Source: an uncultured virus (IMG/VR IMGVR_UViG_3300022841_000008) (Duplodnaviria; Heunggongvirae; Uroviricota; Caudoviricetes). Taken from it: a stretch of DNA of 56,796 nucleotides. Both the position numbers and the translations under genes were made by a program. Each line of letters starts with the position of its first letter. Within the stretch, counting starts at the first letter, position 1. The DNA lies in IMG/VR virus record IMGVR_UViG_3300022841_000008; one strand, 5' to 3'. Below, in pieces: positions 8,646 through 18,275 of the stretch. The notes beneath the pieces were generated by a model. That model did no database searches. It saw only the letters and a program-made list of their open reading frames with translations, and was not told the origin of the DNA.

Positions 8646-11315
8646 TTACTCAAAGTCAAATAGTTTGTTAAAATTATTATCACTGCGGGTTGAACTGAGG
8701 TCCCAGTCTAGTACACCGATTAAGTTCTCCAACTTTTCATCAATGACAGCATTTTCCATTTCTGCATCATTAAATGGTAAGTCTTTAAACCACTGCGGCA
8801 AACGCAATTCATCTACAGGATATGCAACACTAGTATAGCCCATTGGATTATCTTTAACCTTACACACAATAACTTTAGCACCGTCTGTAATAGCTACTGA
8901 ATATTTGTCATCCATCATACGCTTTAAAGTGTTCCAATTCAAACTAGCACGGACATGTCCGGGCATTGTAGTCTTACCTGCTTTCTTTTCTTTGTCACGA
9001 TACTCTGAGATCTTATTGGCACGTTTAGGCGAACCTTTCTCCCAACCTGGACGTAGTTTAAACTCAGTGCGGAATTCAGTGATATACTCTAGAATAGATT
9101 CTTGTCCATCACCATTTAGCACTCGAGTTAATACTTGACTTAAAAACTCTTGGATAATAACCGGGGTATCTGAACGCTTAAGGTCAAGACCCATGGCCTT
9201 GATCTTACCACCCTGTCCGTCCTTGTCTGCTCGCTTGCCTTCTTTGTCATAGTAGAGGACTGCGTATCGTTTTTTAGTAATGAATAGTCCTTTGGAAGCA
9301 ACAATCTCGCGACCTGCTTTAATGACCTCTCCTCGTGATTTAGGTACGTGGAATGCGTCTTGCATAAACTTGGGGAATGTGTCATTTACTGTTTCTCCTA
9401 TAGTATCGTAAAGTTCAATTACACTCTCTCTTGTCCAAGGCAGTGTGCCCTTGTCAATCTCTTTTCTCAGCGTGGCATATGCTGAGAAGTAACAGGAGTC
9501 AGTATCACCATAGATAATTGCCTTACCTGTGTGATTAAACTCGCCGGTGATAATTTCATTTACTTTACCAGCCATGTGTTGTGCAATGGCACGGCCTGTA
9601 AGTGTAGTTGATTGTCCAATACGGTTGTCAAAGAATCTACAGCCAGCGTTAAGAATAGCACCGTACAAACTGTTCAAGTTAATCTTCTTGACTAATTGAC
9701 GCTTGTCCCAGTATTCTTCTTCAATCTTATTACCTGCCTTAATACAGTTTTTAAGTTTAGCCTGCATTTCTTTACGTTCAGCATACCAACGCTTTAGCAA
9801 TCCAGGAATAATACCTTCTTTTTCGTAAGTAAAGATAGTGCCGTTAGCACTCAGCATCCAAGGCTGATTGCTGTCAAAGATCAAATCATATACCTGTGCA
9901 GCACTTAGGGTATCGTGACCGCCGTCTTCCCAGTCAATAGTTATTTCTCGACCAACGTTGCGATCCATAACAGCAGTGTATTCTAAGCTACCAAAGATAC
10001 CTTCCCACGCACCGGCAAAGCTACGGCCTTTTGCCATCTCTGCGGCAATAAAGTCTTTAGTACCATCTTGACGCAATTGTCCAACAATTGTTTCTGGGCC
10101 CATGTTCAATGCACGAATTGCTGAAGGATATAGTGAGTTAATATCCAGAGAGCCAATCCACTCGTGAATACCTTTCTTAGGAAACGCAACATATGCACCA
10201 GCAGCCTGTGTATCTACTTCAGTGTCACGGCTGATGCGATTAGGAACAATAAATCCACGCTTGTGAGCTTCGTTAATAATGGCCTGTTCAGTAACAGCTA
10301 CTGCGCCCATAGTAGTCTGCAACAACACAGTACACTCATGTGCTAGTGTATTGGCAAGATCCATAAACTTTAACTTCTTGTCAAGTTTCTCAAGAAGCAT
10401 AGTATCCTGTCTGTTATATTCAATGAAGCGTTTAAAGTCATTGTTATACAACTGATCTAATGTACCTTCGTAGACAGTTTTGTTCTCGCCAATTTCCTGC
10501 TCGCCAATAGCGTCTAGTCGATAGGTATGCCGTTCTTCATACGTGTACTTACGATACAAATTTAAACTGTCTAAGTGTACACGCCCAATCAAGTCATATG
10601 TAGTAGCAGCCTTACCGTACTTTTCGTATTCACGCTTCTTGGGGAATTGATTCCACAAGCAGAATCTACGTGTGTCCTCTTTGCTTAGAACTTTAGTAAC
10701 ACGATTTACCGTGTAGGGAATATCGAAGCCTTCACTGTTCCATCCACTTAGTACGTCCGAGTCTTGAATTAGATCTAAGAATGTGTCTAACATGTCTGCT
10801 TCGTTATCAAACAGTATAGTGTTAGGAAATTCTTCAACCTGCTTCTTAGCTTCTTCCATACTTAGTGTCTTAGGAGGAATTGCTAAACACACCATTGTCT
10901 CCATCCATTGTAGGTAGACAGCGATAGCAGTAATTGGCATGAATGCATCTTCCGGCGAAGCATAGCCACGTTCTGGATCAAAGTCTACCTCAATGTCGAA
11001 CCATGCTACATTTAGCTTAGGGGCATCTTGATTAAGATAGTTGTCTTCTAGACAACGATAGATTGGGTTGATATCGCTTTCATACAGTTTCTTTCCACTG
11101 TATATTGAAAGCTCTTTGCGATGCTCTTTAACGCTTCTGCTTGAAACTCTGGTTAAAGGTTCGCCCTTGATTGAAAGGAACTTGCCTTTTGGGTCTGGGT
11201 AATAAAATATATGACGAGCAGGATATTCTTTAAAATGTCTTTCGCCTTTTTCGTTTCGTTCAACGACGCGAATTAAATCCTGCTCTCTGTCAAAGAAAGC
11301 GTCTACGTAACTCAA
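8646..11315 (-). CDS. polB: family B DNA polymerase (gp43-like)
   Basis: ExoI FDIE, ExoII GWNSEGFD, ExoIII YNRQD; polymerase motifs DINSLYPS, KINLNSLYG, YGDTDS; TTG start. Confidence 0.97.
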   Translation of the reverse strand: MSYVDAFFDREQDLIRVVERNEKGERHFKEYPARHIFYYPDPKGKFLSIKGEPLTRVSSRSVKEHRKELSIYSGKKLYESDINPIYRCLEDNYLNQDAPKLNVAWFDIEVDFDPERGYASPEDAFMPITAIAVYLQWMETMVCLAIPPKTLSMEEAKKQVEEFPNTILFDNEADMLDTFLDLIQDSDVLSGWNSEGFDIPYTVNRVTKVLSKEDTRRFCLWNQFPKKREYEKYGKAATTYDLIGRVHLDSLNLYRKYTYEERHTYRLDAIGEQEIGENKTVYEGTLDQLYNNDFKRFIEYNRQDTMLLEKLDKKLKFMDLANTLAHECTVLLQTTMGAVAVTEQAIINEAHKRGFIVPNRISRDTEVDTQAAGAYVAFPKKGIHEWIGSLDINSLYPSAIRALNMGPETIVGQLRQDGTKDFIAAEMAKGRSFAGAWEGIFGSLEYTAVMDRNVGREITIDWEDGGHDTLSAAQVYDLIFDSNQPWMLSANGTIFTYEKEGIIPGLLKRWYAERKEMQAKLKNCIKAGNKIEEEYWDKRQLVKKINLNSLYGAILNAGCRFFDNRIGQSTTLTGRAIAQHMAGKVNEIITGEFNHTGKAIIYGDTDSCYFSAYATLRKEIDKGTLPWTRESVIELYDTIGETVNDTFPKFMQDAFHVPKSRGEVIKAGREIVASKGLFITKKRYAVLYYDKEGKRADKDGQGGKIKAMGLDLKRSDTPVIIQEFLSQVLTRVLNGDGQESILEYITEFRTEFKLRPGWEKGSPKRANKISEYRDKEKKAGKTTMPGHVRASLNWNTLKRMMDDKYSVAITDGAKVIVCKVKDNPMGYTSVAYPVDELRLPQWFKDLPFNDAEMENAVIDEKLENLIGVLDWDLSSTRSDNNFNKLFDFE

Positions 11316-11320
11316 ATTTT

Positions 11321-11380
11321 TCTCCTATGCAATTTATGGCCTGCAAATACCAAAATAATCATTTATGGCTGATTGAACCG
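11321..11380 (-). promoter_or_regulatory. tandem hairpin leader (putative translational operator) of the DNA polymerase gene
   Basis: Two hairpins with the same GCCAUAAA loop (AAUCA/UGAUU and UGCA/UGCA stems) immediately 5' of the AGGAGA RBS. Confidence 0.6.
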
Positions 11381-11385
11381 TTGTC

Positions 11386-11676
11386 TTATATACTTATTAA
11401 CCGAACTAACGCAGTTACATCAATAGTGACTAACAGCAAATAGTTAGCAACCATTCCTGTACTTTTTCGGGTCCACGCAGACCACCCGAATATCATGCAT
11501 TGAATAATGAATAATGGATAGAGAACCAAGAATGGAGGATTAGGTAACGTCAACCCCATCCAGACGGCACACCCAACACTCATAAACCAAGCAACAATTT
11601 CTAAAACGAACCTTACCGGCCATTCTTTGTAATCGCGCCTAGCCCAGTTATATGTACCACGAAACAACTCTATCAT
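11386..11676 (-). CDS. small integral membrane protein
   Basis: Three hydrophobic segments in 96 aa. Confidence 0.75.
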   Translation of the reverse strand: MIELFRGTYNWARRDYKEWPVRFVLEIVAWFMSVGCAVWMGLTLPNPPFLVLYPLFIIQCMIFGWSAWTRKSTGMVANYLLLVTIDVTALVRLISI

Positions 11677-11939
11677 TCAGGTTCTGGCAAGTTCTTAGTA
11701 ACTCCAAGAATCATTTCAATTTCGTTCCACTCTTCTTCATGAGATGCCCAATTGTCCTTACGGGCAATTCTAATTGCTTTGTTAATCCAACTAGGTTTAA
11801 TTTGCAGTTCTTCGGCAACTGCTTTAACAGTTTCTTTAAGACCCTCGGTAAGGTCTTCAACTTCTCGCAATACATTAGATCCCTCGTTGATAAGACGCTC
11901 TAATTTTGCTTTCTCTTCCGGGCCGTACATTTTAGTCAT
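11673..11939 (-). CDS. T4 DsbA-like double-stranded DNA-binding protein
   Basis: 88 aa, helical; LERLINEG...LKETVKAVAEELQIKPSWINKAIRIARK resembles T4 DsbA. Confidence 0.6.
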   Translation of the reverse strand: MTKMYGPEEKAKLERLINEGSNVLREVEDLTEGLKETVKAVAEELQIKPSWINKAIRIARKDNWASHEEEWNEIEMILGVTKNLPEPE

Positions 11940-11960
11940 AATAATATCTCCTTGTGTACT

Positions 11961-11989
11961 ATTATACAGCTGTAAAAAAAGCCAGTCAA
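11961..11989 (-). promoter_or_regulatory. sigma70-like promoter overlapping a terminator
   Basis: TTGACT-N17-TATAAT. Confidence 0.75.
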
Positions 11990-12006
11990 CCTAAGTTGCT
12001 GGCTTT
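11974..12006 (-). terminator. rho-independent terminator
   Basis: AAAGCCAGCAAC-TTAG-GTTGACTGGC followed by T7. Confidence 0.75.
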
Positions 12007-12023
12007 GTTAGTAATTGATTAAA

Positions 12024-12974
12024 TTACTTTTGGTCTTCGCTTAGTACATCGTACATTTCAAATACACCACCGTTGCGCTCGTATAACATTCCTGCGAACA
12101 CTTCCGCTTTGGTGCTTTCTGTATACTTAGAAGCAGCAACACGTTGAGCCCAAGCAAACAATGCTGAGTCAATTGGATCAATTTGTTGTTGTCCACCACT
12201 TTCAACAACTAGCTTCATCATTTCACGGAAGGTCATAGCAGTCTCTACGCTTTCTGCAACCGGACGCTTTTTGCCTTTTGGCATCATTTTGCTTTCGTCT
12301 TTCTTAGACTTTTCTTCTTTCTCAGCCGCCTTGCCACTATAGTTCTTTCCTGCTGTGTGTTTGATTCCGGTAGCAGTCTTTTCGATAGTACCACCTGTAG
12401 CAGACTTTTTCTTGGCTCCCACTTTCATGTCGTCGGACTCTTTTACACTTTCGTCTTTCTTAGCAAAAGGATTTACACCTTTCTTAGGACCTGCTTTCTT
12501 ATCGCTAGCTGCCTTTTTCATTGGCTCTGTCTTGTCACCGTCTTTGTCAAGATCTAAGAAGTCTGGCTTACCACCTTTCTTTTTAGCTTCAACCATTTTG
12601 GCAAATTTGCCTTTAAATGCTTCAGTATCGATAGACTCTTTAGCTGTTTTCTTTTTGCCTTTAGGAGCATCATCAGCATCGTCGGCTTTCTCTTCAGAAC
12701 CGCCGTATGCCTTATTACTTTTATGAACAATACCAGTTTTAGTCTTTTCAACTGTGCCAGTAGCAACGTTCTTCTTGTCACCGTCTTTCATTGCTTCGGC
12801 AACTTTTTCTTCGGCTTTCTTTTTAGCTTCAGCAACGTAGGTAGTACGTCCGCTTAGAACACGCAATTGCGCGTCTTCGTTAAGCTGCACAGCCGGCGCA
12901 ATTTGCGGCGCAGCAGGTGTAGCTACTGGAGCGTCCATGCTGTCTAATGTGTTTAGTAGTTTTTTGAAGTCCAT
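12024..12974 (-). CDS. Lys/Glu-rich head-associated (scaffold or internal) protein
   Basis: Late promoter upstream; repeated VAE/LNE/VKE sites; duplicated TGT-EKT-TGI-H module; DLDKDGD motif. Confidence 0.6.
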   Translation of the reverse strand: MDFKKLLNTLDSMDAPVATPAAPQIAPAVQLNEDAQLRVLSGRTTYVAEAKKKAEEKVAEAMKDGDKKNVATGTVEKTKTGIVHKSNKAYGGSEEKADDADDAPKGKKKTAKESIDTEAFKGKFAKMVEAKKKGGKPDFLDLDKDGDKTEPMKKAASDKKAGPKKGVNPFAKKDESVKESDDMKVGAKKKSATGGTIEKTATGIKHTAGKNYSGKAAEKEEKSKKDESKMMPKGKKRPVAESVETAMTFREMMKLVVESGGQQQIDPIDSALFAWAQRVAASKYTESTKAEVFAGMLYERNGGVFEMYDVLSEDQK

Positions 12975-13005
12975 TTTATTTCCTTGATCCTAAAGGTCTA
13001 TTATG

Positions 13006-13012
13006 TATTTAT
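13006..13012 (-). promoter_or_regulatory. late promoter ATAAATA (representative site)
   Basis: The (A)TAAATA core recurs before genes at 13260, 17877, 18277, 22991, 25772, 27751, 34356, 37367, 46153, 52585 (minus) and 25825, 46183, 46488 (plus); it resembles T4 TATAAATA. Confidence 0.7.
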
Positions 13013-13254
13013 CTTTTGATTGCTGTACCAGTGCCAAATATATTAGTTTTGGAATCTAGTGCGTTATCAGTGGGGGTTTGTTTCTTTGGCTTAGGTTGCG
13101 GCGGTGCTTTAGTACCACTTTTTCCTGGGCTTCCGGTGTAGCTGGTTTTTCCACGTGCAGAACCGGGACTTAGCTGAGGGCTTACAACAGTGGCAATATT
13201 AGCACTAGATGTCGCACCAGCAGTTGCAGTCTCGAATATTTCACGTATTTTCAT
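13009..13254 (-). CDS. small putative internal head protein
   Basis: Starts MKIREIFE-TATAGATSS; late promoter 5 nt upstream of the ATG. Confidence 0.7.
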   Translation of the reverse strand: MKIREIFETATAGATSSANIATVVSPQLSPGSARGKTSYTGSPGKSGTKAPPQPKPKKQTPTDNALDSKTNIFGTGTAIKR

Positions 13255-13265
13255 ATATGTATTTA

Positions 13266-14282
13266 TTATAAAGCAGCAACCATTGTCTTATAATCTTTAA
13301 AGTTGCTCTTACGATCTTCTAGACCACGCAATCCCGGGTTAATAGGCTTAGTAACATCTCTAACATTACTAAAGTCGTCGACATTTGGTTGTACTCTAAG
13401 TTTCCAGTACCAAATAGCAATCTTTGCAGCAACCGCAGGTTTTTCTGCTAGCTTAGGATTATTCACTAGATCTATGCCAATTGCTTTTCCGGCAATACCG
13501 TAGTTATATCTGCCGGTGATTTGAATGTATCCACGACCTTTGTACTTTGCACCGTCGCCTACTTTAGTATTGCCTAATATTTTAGCTTTCTTAGGAGCAT
13601 ACTTAGGATCATATTTGCGGAAGTCCAAACTGCCTCCGTACTCTACCATGCTTTGAAAGTCGTGGCTTTCATGAGCAACCTGCGATAAGAATGCAGCAAG
13701 TTCTATTCCTTTAATGCCAGCAGCTCTTGCTGTTTTAATTAAAAAGTTTTCGTGTGCATTAGTTGACGCCAATGCAGCCTTAGGCTCTGCTTTTGGTTCT
13801 ATTTTTTTAACTTCTGGTTTCTTTTCTGCTTTTTTAGCAGCGGGTTTTTCGTCTGTATAAACATCAGGAACTTTTACTTCTTGTCCGGGTGTTAGTTTAG
13901 TAGCATTAGTAAATCCGTTTAGTTTCATAATAACAGCAGGACTAATACCGTTGTCTCTAGCAATACTATAAACCGTATCACCTTTCTCTGCAACCTGTGA
14001 CACAATATCACCTGCATTAGCACCTAAAGCACCTAGTGCCATAGCACCGCCTGCTACCCAGTCTTTCCATCCTTCTTCAATGTCTTCAGACTTGGCACGA
14101 CCGGCTTTCATGTTAGCCATCCAATGTGCCATGCGAGCTTTTTCACCTGTGCTATTCTTTGCAGTCTTTCGTAGACTACTTACACTAGCTTTAGTGTTAA
14201 CACCTGAGCGTTTTGCTAGACCTTTACGTCCCGGCTTCTTGCCGTCGGCAAAGTTTTCAGTGATAAATTCACTTGCTCTCAT
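13266..14282 (-). CDS. putative virion-associated LysM + GH19 peptidoglycan hydrolase
   Basis: LysM (KGDTVYSIARDNG...LTPGQEVKVP); GH19 (AAFLSQVAHES, YKGRGYIQITGRYNY); N-terminus MRASEFITE. Confidence 0.85.
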   Translation of the reverse strand: MRASEFITENFADGKKPGRKGLAKRSGVNTKASVSSLRKTAKNSTGEKARMAHWMANMKAGRAKSEDIEEGWKDWVAGGAMALGALGANAGDIVSQVAEKGDTVYSIARDNGISPAVIMKLNGFTNATKLTPGQEVKVPDVYTDEKPAAKKAEKKPEVKKIEPKAEPKAALASTNAHENFLIKTARAAGIKGIELAAFLSQVAHESHDFQSMVEYGGSLDFRKYDPKYAPKKAKILGNTKVGDGAKYKGRGYIQITGRYNYGIAGKAIGIDLVNNPKLAEKPAVAAKIAIWYWKLRVQPNVDDFSNVRDVTKPINPGLRGLEDRKSNFKDYKTMVAAL

Positions 14283-14824
14283 TAGCAGTTCCAGCGCCTA
14301 CGTGCTTTGCAGATTGCCTTGTCCGGAGTTTTACTACAGCTAATGTTATGCATTTTCTGTTGTCCAGCGGATCTAGAACAATAGCTGCTTCGACGCTTTG
14401 AAGCCTTGCTACCTTTCTTTAACTTGCCAGGCTTAGTAGTTACCGCAGTCTTTAATTTACTACCTGGATTTTCTCTACGATACGCACTAACGGCTTTCTT
14501 GCTCATACCATCAGTCTTGTCTTTCTTATTGGCTTTTTGCCAATCTTCGTTAACCGGTTGGGTAACAGCAAACACATATAGCTCGTCGTCTGTGAGATTT
14601 GATAAATCTTCCCATACAAGGTCACTGTCGATAGCATGATAATCTGCAATCTGTTCAATGATGCTTTCAATCATGTCGAACTCTTGGTGCAGACTTTCGT
14701 TAGGCACACAATTATTAACTCTAACGCCACCTTTAATTTTGGTGCCTTCTTTATGTTTGCCTTTCCAGCACTTAGCGTCAAGACGTTGCTTGACTGCTTC
14801 TGTTAAAATTTCATTTGCTTTCAT
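14282..14824 (-). CDS. putative internal head protein with basic Cys-containing modules
   Basis: MKANEILTE start; CWKG...NNCVPNE; KRRSSYCSRS...KARRRWNC. Confidence 0.75.
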   Translation of the reverse strand: MKANEILTEAVKQRLDAKCWKGKHKEGTKIKGGVRVNNCVPNESLHQEFDMIESIIEQIADYHAIDSDLVWEDLSNLTDDELYVFAVTQPVNEDWQKANKKDKTDGMSKKAVSAYRRENPGSKLKTAVTTKPGKLKKGSKASKRRSSYCSRSAGQQKMHNISCSKTPDKAICKARRRWNC

Positions 14825-15018
14825 ACTTGACTATACGGGTTAATTTTTTCATCTGAATCTACACTTCGAGGTTCAGGATATACTAGATAGGTGTCAACTC
14901 CCGGAACACTTCCGAGAAACATTCCTTCCTTCATTTTATGTAAGGCATCGTTTGCATCTAGTACGCATTCATCGCCTTCGCCTTTATCGACATTATAAGT
15001 TACACGGTATTGTTTCAT
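14821..15018 (-). CDS. hypothetical protein
   Basis: 65-aa ORF with ATGA overlaps. Confidence 0.65.
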   Translation of the reverse strand: MKQYRVTYNVDKGEGDECVLDANDALHKMKEGMFLGSVPGVDTYLVYPEPRSVDSDEKINPYSQV

Positions 15019-15344
15019 GCTGAAAAACTACTCCCGCATCCGCAGGTTGATTGTGCATTTGGATTTTTAATAACAAACTGACTGCCCATAATTTCATCCT
15101 TGTAGTCGATCACTGCTCCTTGTAGATACTGCATACTCATTGCATCTACTAACATAGCGATGTTGTCTTTACTAATAACAAAATCATCTTCGTTCTGGTC
15201 AGTATCTAGAGTAAATCCATAGCTAAAGCCACTGCACCCGCCACCTTGTACGAATGTTCGCAGTTTAAGTGCTGGATTATTTTCCTCTGCTAAGATGTCT
15301 TGTATCTTGGCGTAAGCTGCATCTGTAATAGTTAGTTGGTCCAT
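15015..15344 (-). CDS. erpA: A-type Fe-S cluster carrier (ErpA/IscA/HesB)
   Basis: [11 protein letters not shown] and [14 protein letters not shown]. Confidence 0.93.
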   Translation of the reverse strand: MDQLTITDAAYAKIQDILAEENNPALKLRTFVQGGGCSGFSYGFTLDTDQNEDDFVISKDNIAMLVDAMSMQYLQGAVIDYKDEIMGSQFVIKNPNAQSTCGCGSSFSA

Positions 15345-15348
15345 AATA

Positions 15349-17508
15349 TTATCCTATTTTGCGACTTTGTACAATTGTTCCACTTTGTTTTAAGTATTTT
15401 ATCACTTGTTTTCTAATTTCAGCCGGATCAGTCAAATCACTCTCTAAACAATTATCGACTATCTCAATTGCTAATTGTTTATCCATTTCATCAGTTAAAT
15501 TAAATTCTTTGATGAAATAGTTTCCCATCTTAATTGCTTGCGGGCTATACATGCCTTCATGATCGTCTAATTGTGCCTCTGCCACACCCTGCTCGTCATC
15601 GCTTTGCCAAACTACATTATCGTTTGAGTCCTTGACTTCAATAGTGGCATACACATACTGCTGGAAGGCTTCTAACCAGTCTTCGCTCCAAAGTATGGCA
15701 TCATCCTCACGTTTGAATTTTTTAGTTTTGGTTCTTGATTTAGGACGCTCACCAGTGTTGACCACTGCGGTGAACGGACCGTTGAATCCACTACCAAACG
15801 AACCTTCCGCCACACCTTGCTTTTTAATTGGAAACACGTGCTTCTTCCATTCACCATAATTCATTGCGCCTGTTTTGGCATCTTTGAAATACACCGTAGT
15901 AGTGTCACCTTGTGTTCCTATCTTTTTAACTCGACCCATGGCGCCACTATGTTTATGTTTAACTACATCACCGATATTGGGTCGATCTGGATCAAAAAAT
16001 CCACCCTCCGCTACACCCGTCTCACTCATCTGTTGTGTTATATCTTCAACATTGTGTATCTGTGCAGTAGGATAGCGTTTCATGAATTTTTCTTGTGCTG
16101 TTCTAGAACTCTGCGCTTGCACTCGAGCACGTTTTGCTACACCATCTACTTCAGCAGTGATACGAAATTCTTTGTTGAGATGGCGGGCAGCATGCATCAG
16201 CCCACTTGGATCACTTTCCGCTACACTTGCTGCATCTTCATTCTTTTTGGCAATGTTTCTGCTTTTTAATTGGTCTTCCCGCCGCTTGTCTCCAGCTGCT
16301 CGAAGTTTTGCAACTTTGCCATCATCTTTGTTAACCAATCGACTTGCAGCATTTGCCATAGCGCCACTGCTACTTTCCTTTGGTTCGCGTATACTTAACT
16401 TATCTGCAGGGCTTAGACCGAAGCCACCTTTAAGTCGATCACGTGTTTCTTCTTCACGTTCTCTTTTTTGTCGTATGCGTTCTGTATTTCTTGCTTTAGC
16501 GGTAGGAGTCTTCGTGACTTTTTTCATCATGTTGTCGAAAGGCTTGTCACCGGTTTCTTTCGCCATACCTTGCCCACTAGACATTGCATAGTCTATGTCG
16601 TCGGGATGTAAATATCCGCTTTTTAAATCAGACATAATTTGCGCTTTTTCTTCTTCTCGGCGTTTTGTAAGCATGTGCCTTGCACCAAGCCAATCTAAAT
16701 AATCTTCTACCATGTCATCAACTGGGTTATTTGTATTTCTGCCCTCCGCCATGCCTTCGGCATACTCTTTGCCTTTGTGCTTGACATCGCCCTGTTTCTC
16801 AGCTTTCTTTTTATCCGTGTGCTGACCAGCACCGCCCATTTTAGCGTTCTTGGCCACAAAGTTTCTTGGCTTCTCTGCAGGAGTAAATTCTTTTGATCTC
16901 ATATTGTTTTCTTCTATACTGTTGTTAATACCCATGCCTTTACGTACATCGGAATATAATGCTTTGGCATATTGCCCTGCACCTGTTGCTTCTGCAAACT
17001 TTTCTAGATCGCCTGTGGCAGCAGCAGCTCTAGCGCTACTAGCACTAACACCAGCAACGCCTTCGGCACCGTCTTCTCTTTCGCCACTCGACACAAAGTC
17101 AAGTACATCAAATTTGTAATAGCCATGACTCTTACCTTCTACTCCATTATATGCTACTAGGAGTTTTTTCATTTCTTCTAATCGATCACTGCCTGCCACA
17201 AACGTAGCATCACGATAACCTTGATTGTATAAATGACTTGCAACTTTAACAACTGTGTTTAGTCCTGCATCACTAACTATATTGTTTGCGTATTCTGGTA
17301 CAATCAACTTTAAGAATTTAATCTTCGTAGCGTAGTCTAGAGGATTCTTTTTAGGGTCTTGACTTTGACTAGTGAATATTTTAACATCACCGCCCTGCTT
17401 GCTCATTACATCAAAGAGCTGTTTATGACCAATGGTAGGAGGATTAAACCTGCCAAAGCAGAATGTAATGTGGTTGCCACCGTCTTCAAATAATTGTCTT
17501 AAAAACAT
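15349..17508 (-). CDS. HIGH-family nucleotidyltransferase fused to modules separated by GVAE repeats
   Basis: [29 protein letters not shown]; then GMAEG, VAES, GVAEG x2, GVAEA linkers. Confidence 0.8.
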   Translation of the reverse strand: MFLRQLFEDGGNHITFCFGRFNPPTIGHKQLFDVMSKQGGDVKIFTSQSQDPKKNPLDYATKIKFLKLIVPEYANNIVSDAGLNTVVKVASHLYNQGYRDATFVAGSDRLEEMKKLLVAYNGVEGKSHGYYKFDVLDFVSSGEREDGAEGVAGVSASSARAAAATGDLEKFAEATGAGQYAKALYSDVRKGMGINNSIEENNMRSKEFTPAEKPRNFVAKNAKMGGAGQHTDKKKAEKQGDVKHKGKEYAEGMAEGRNTNNPVDDMVEDYLDWLGARHMLTKRREEEKAQIMSDLKSGYLHPDDIDYAMSSGQGMAKETGDKPFDNMMKKVTKTPTAKARNTERIRQKREREEETRDRLKGGFGLSPADKLSIREPKESSSGAMANAASRLVNKDDGKVAKLRAAGDKRREDQLKSRNIAKKNEDAASVAESDPSGLMHAARHLNKEFRITAEVDGVAKRARVQAQSSRTAQEKFMKRYPTAQIHNVEDITQQMSETGVAEGGFFDPDRPNIGDVVKHKHSGAMGRVKKIGTQGDTTTVYFKDAKTGAMNYGEWKKHVFPIKKQGVAEGSFGSGFNGPFTAVVNTGERPKSRTKTKKFKREDDAILWSEDWLEAFQQYVYATIEVKDSNDNVVWQSDDEQGVAEAQLDDHEGMYSPQAIKMGNYFIKEFNLTDEMDKQLAIEIVDNCLESDLTDPAEIRKQVIKYLKQSGTIVQSRKIG

Positions 17509-17509
17509 A

Positions 17510-17848
17510 TTAGTTGTCGTAATCGCCTGAGGTTAAATGTTGCTCTTGCTCACCAGCAATCATTTTTGCCAGTTGAATTATTTTTTCTTTGGGGAATTTA
17601 TTTTCGGGTTCTTCTACGTTATACTTACTACAGTATGCGTCCTTACAACGTTCGATAGGACGGATGTATACTTTGTATGCATTAGGATGTCCTTGATAAT
17701 CTTTGTGTCTCTTTACCGCAGGAAAAAAGTGTCTATTAAGCATGACATCATCATTATCGATGAAAAACTTAAGATCATCGAGCCAGTCGATATCTTGATC
17801 TTCATTATTTGGTGCGCCGATAGGGCTAAACATTTCTCTTAATAACAT
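17510..17848 (-). CDS. hypothetical late protein
   Basis: Probable start MLLREMF at 17848, downstream of ATAAATA. Confidence 0.7.
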   Translation of the reverse strand: MLLREMFSPIGAPNNEDQDIDWLDDLKFFIDNDDVMLNRHFFPAVKRHKDYQGHPNAYKVYIRPIERCKDAYCSKYNVEEPENKFPKEKIIQLAKMIAGEQEQHLTSGDYDN

Positions 17849-17896
17849 ATAGTAGGATTCCAAAGAACTTATACTATATTTATCGTTTAATGCAAG

Positions 17897-18271
17897 TTAG
17901 AGATTATAACGAACGTTTATGATTTCACCGTCTTCGATGTGGTATGCAGCACGTAAAAACACAAACTTGCCAGTGATTGTGGCAGCTCTATTTGAATTTG
18001 AACTATCTACAGCAAACGTTTCTGTATAAACATCAAACCAGTCACTATCTCCAGGATACAGCTCCAATGTAGCTTGTATAGTAATAGTTCCAACTAGTCC
18101 TTCTGCGTGAAACAACACGGTGTGTATACCATCACTGTGTTTATGATATCCCGCACCTTTGTCTTTATCAGAGTAAAATACAGTATCTGCATCTGATGCA
18201 GATTGATAATCTCTACCGTATGCAGAAGATACAGTGATATTTTCTAATAATTTTAATGTTTCGAAGCCCAT
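17897..18271 (-). CDS. hypothetical beta-rich late (possibly virion) protein
   Basis: 124-aa ORF with a late promoter just upstream. Confidence 0.7.
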   Translation of the reverse strand: MGFETLKLLENITVSSAYGRDYQSASDADTVFYSDKDKGAGYHKHSDGIHTVLFHAEGLVGTITIQATLELYPGDSDWFDVYTETFAVDSSNSNRAATITGKFVFLRAAYHIEDGEIINVRYNL

Positions 18272-18275
18272 AATG

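Noticed and set aside
8646..11315. Intein or intron in the DNA polymerase
   Set aside because: It is 889 aa with normally spaced motifs and no insertion
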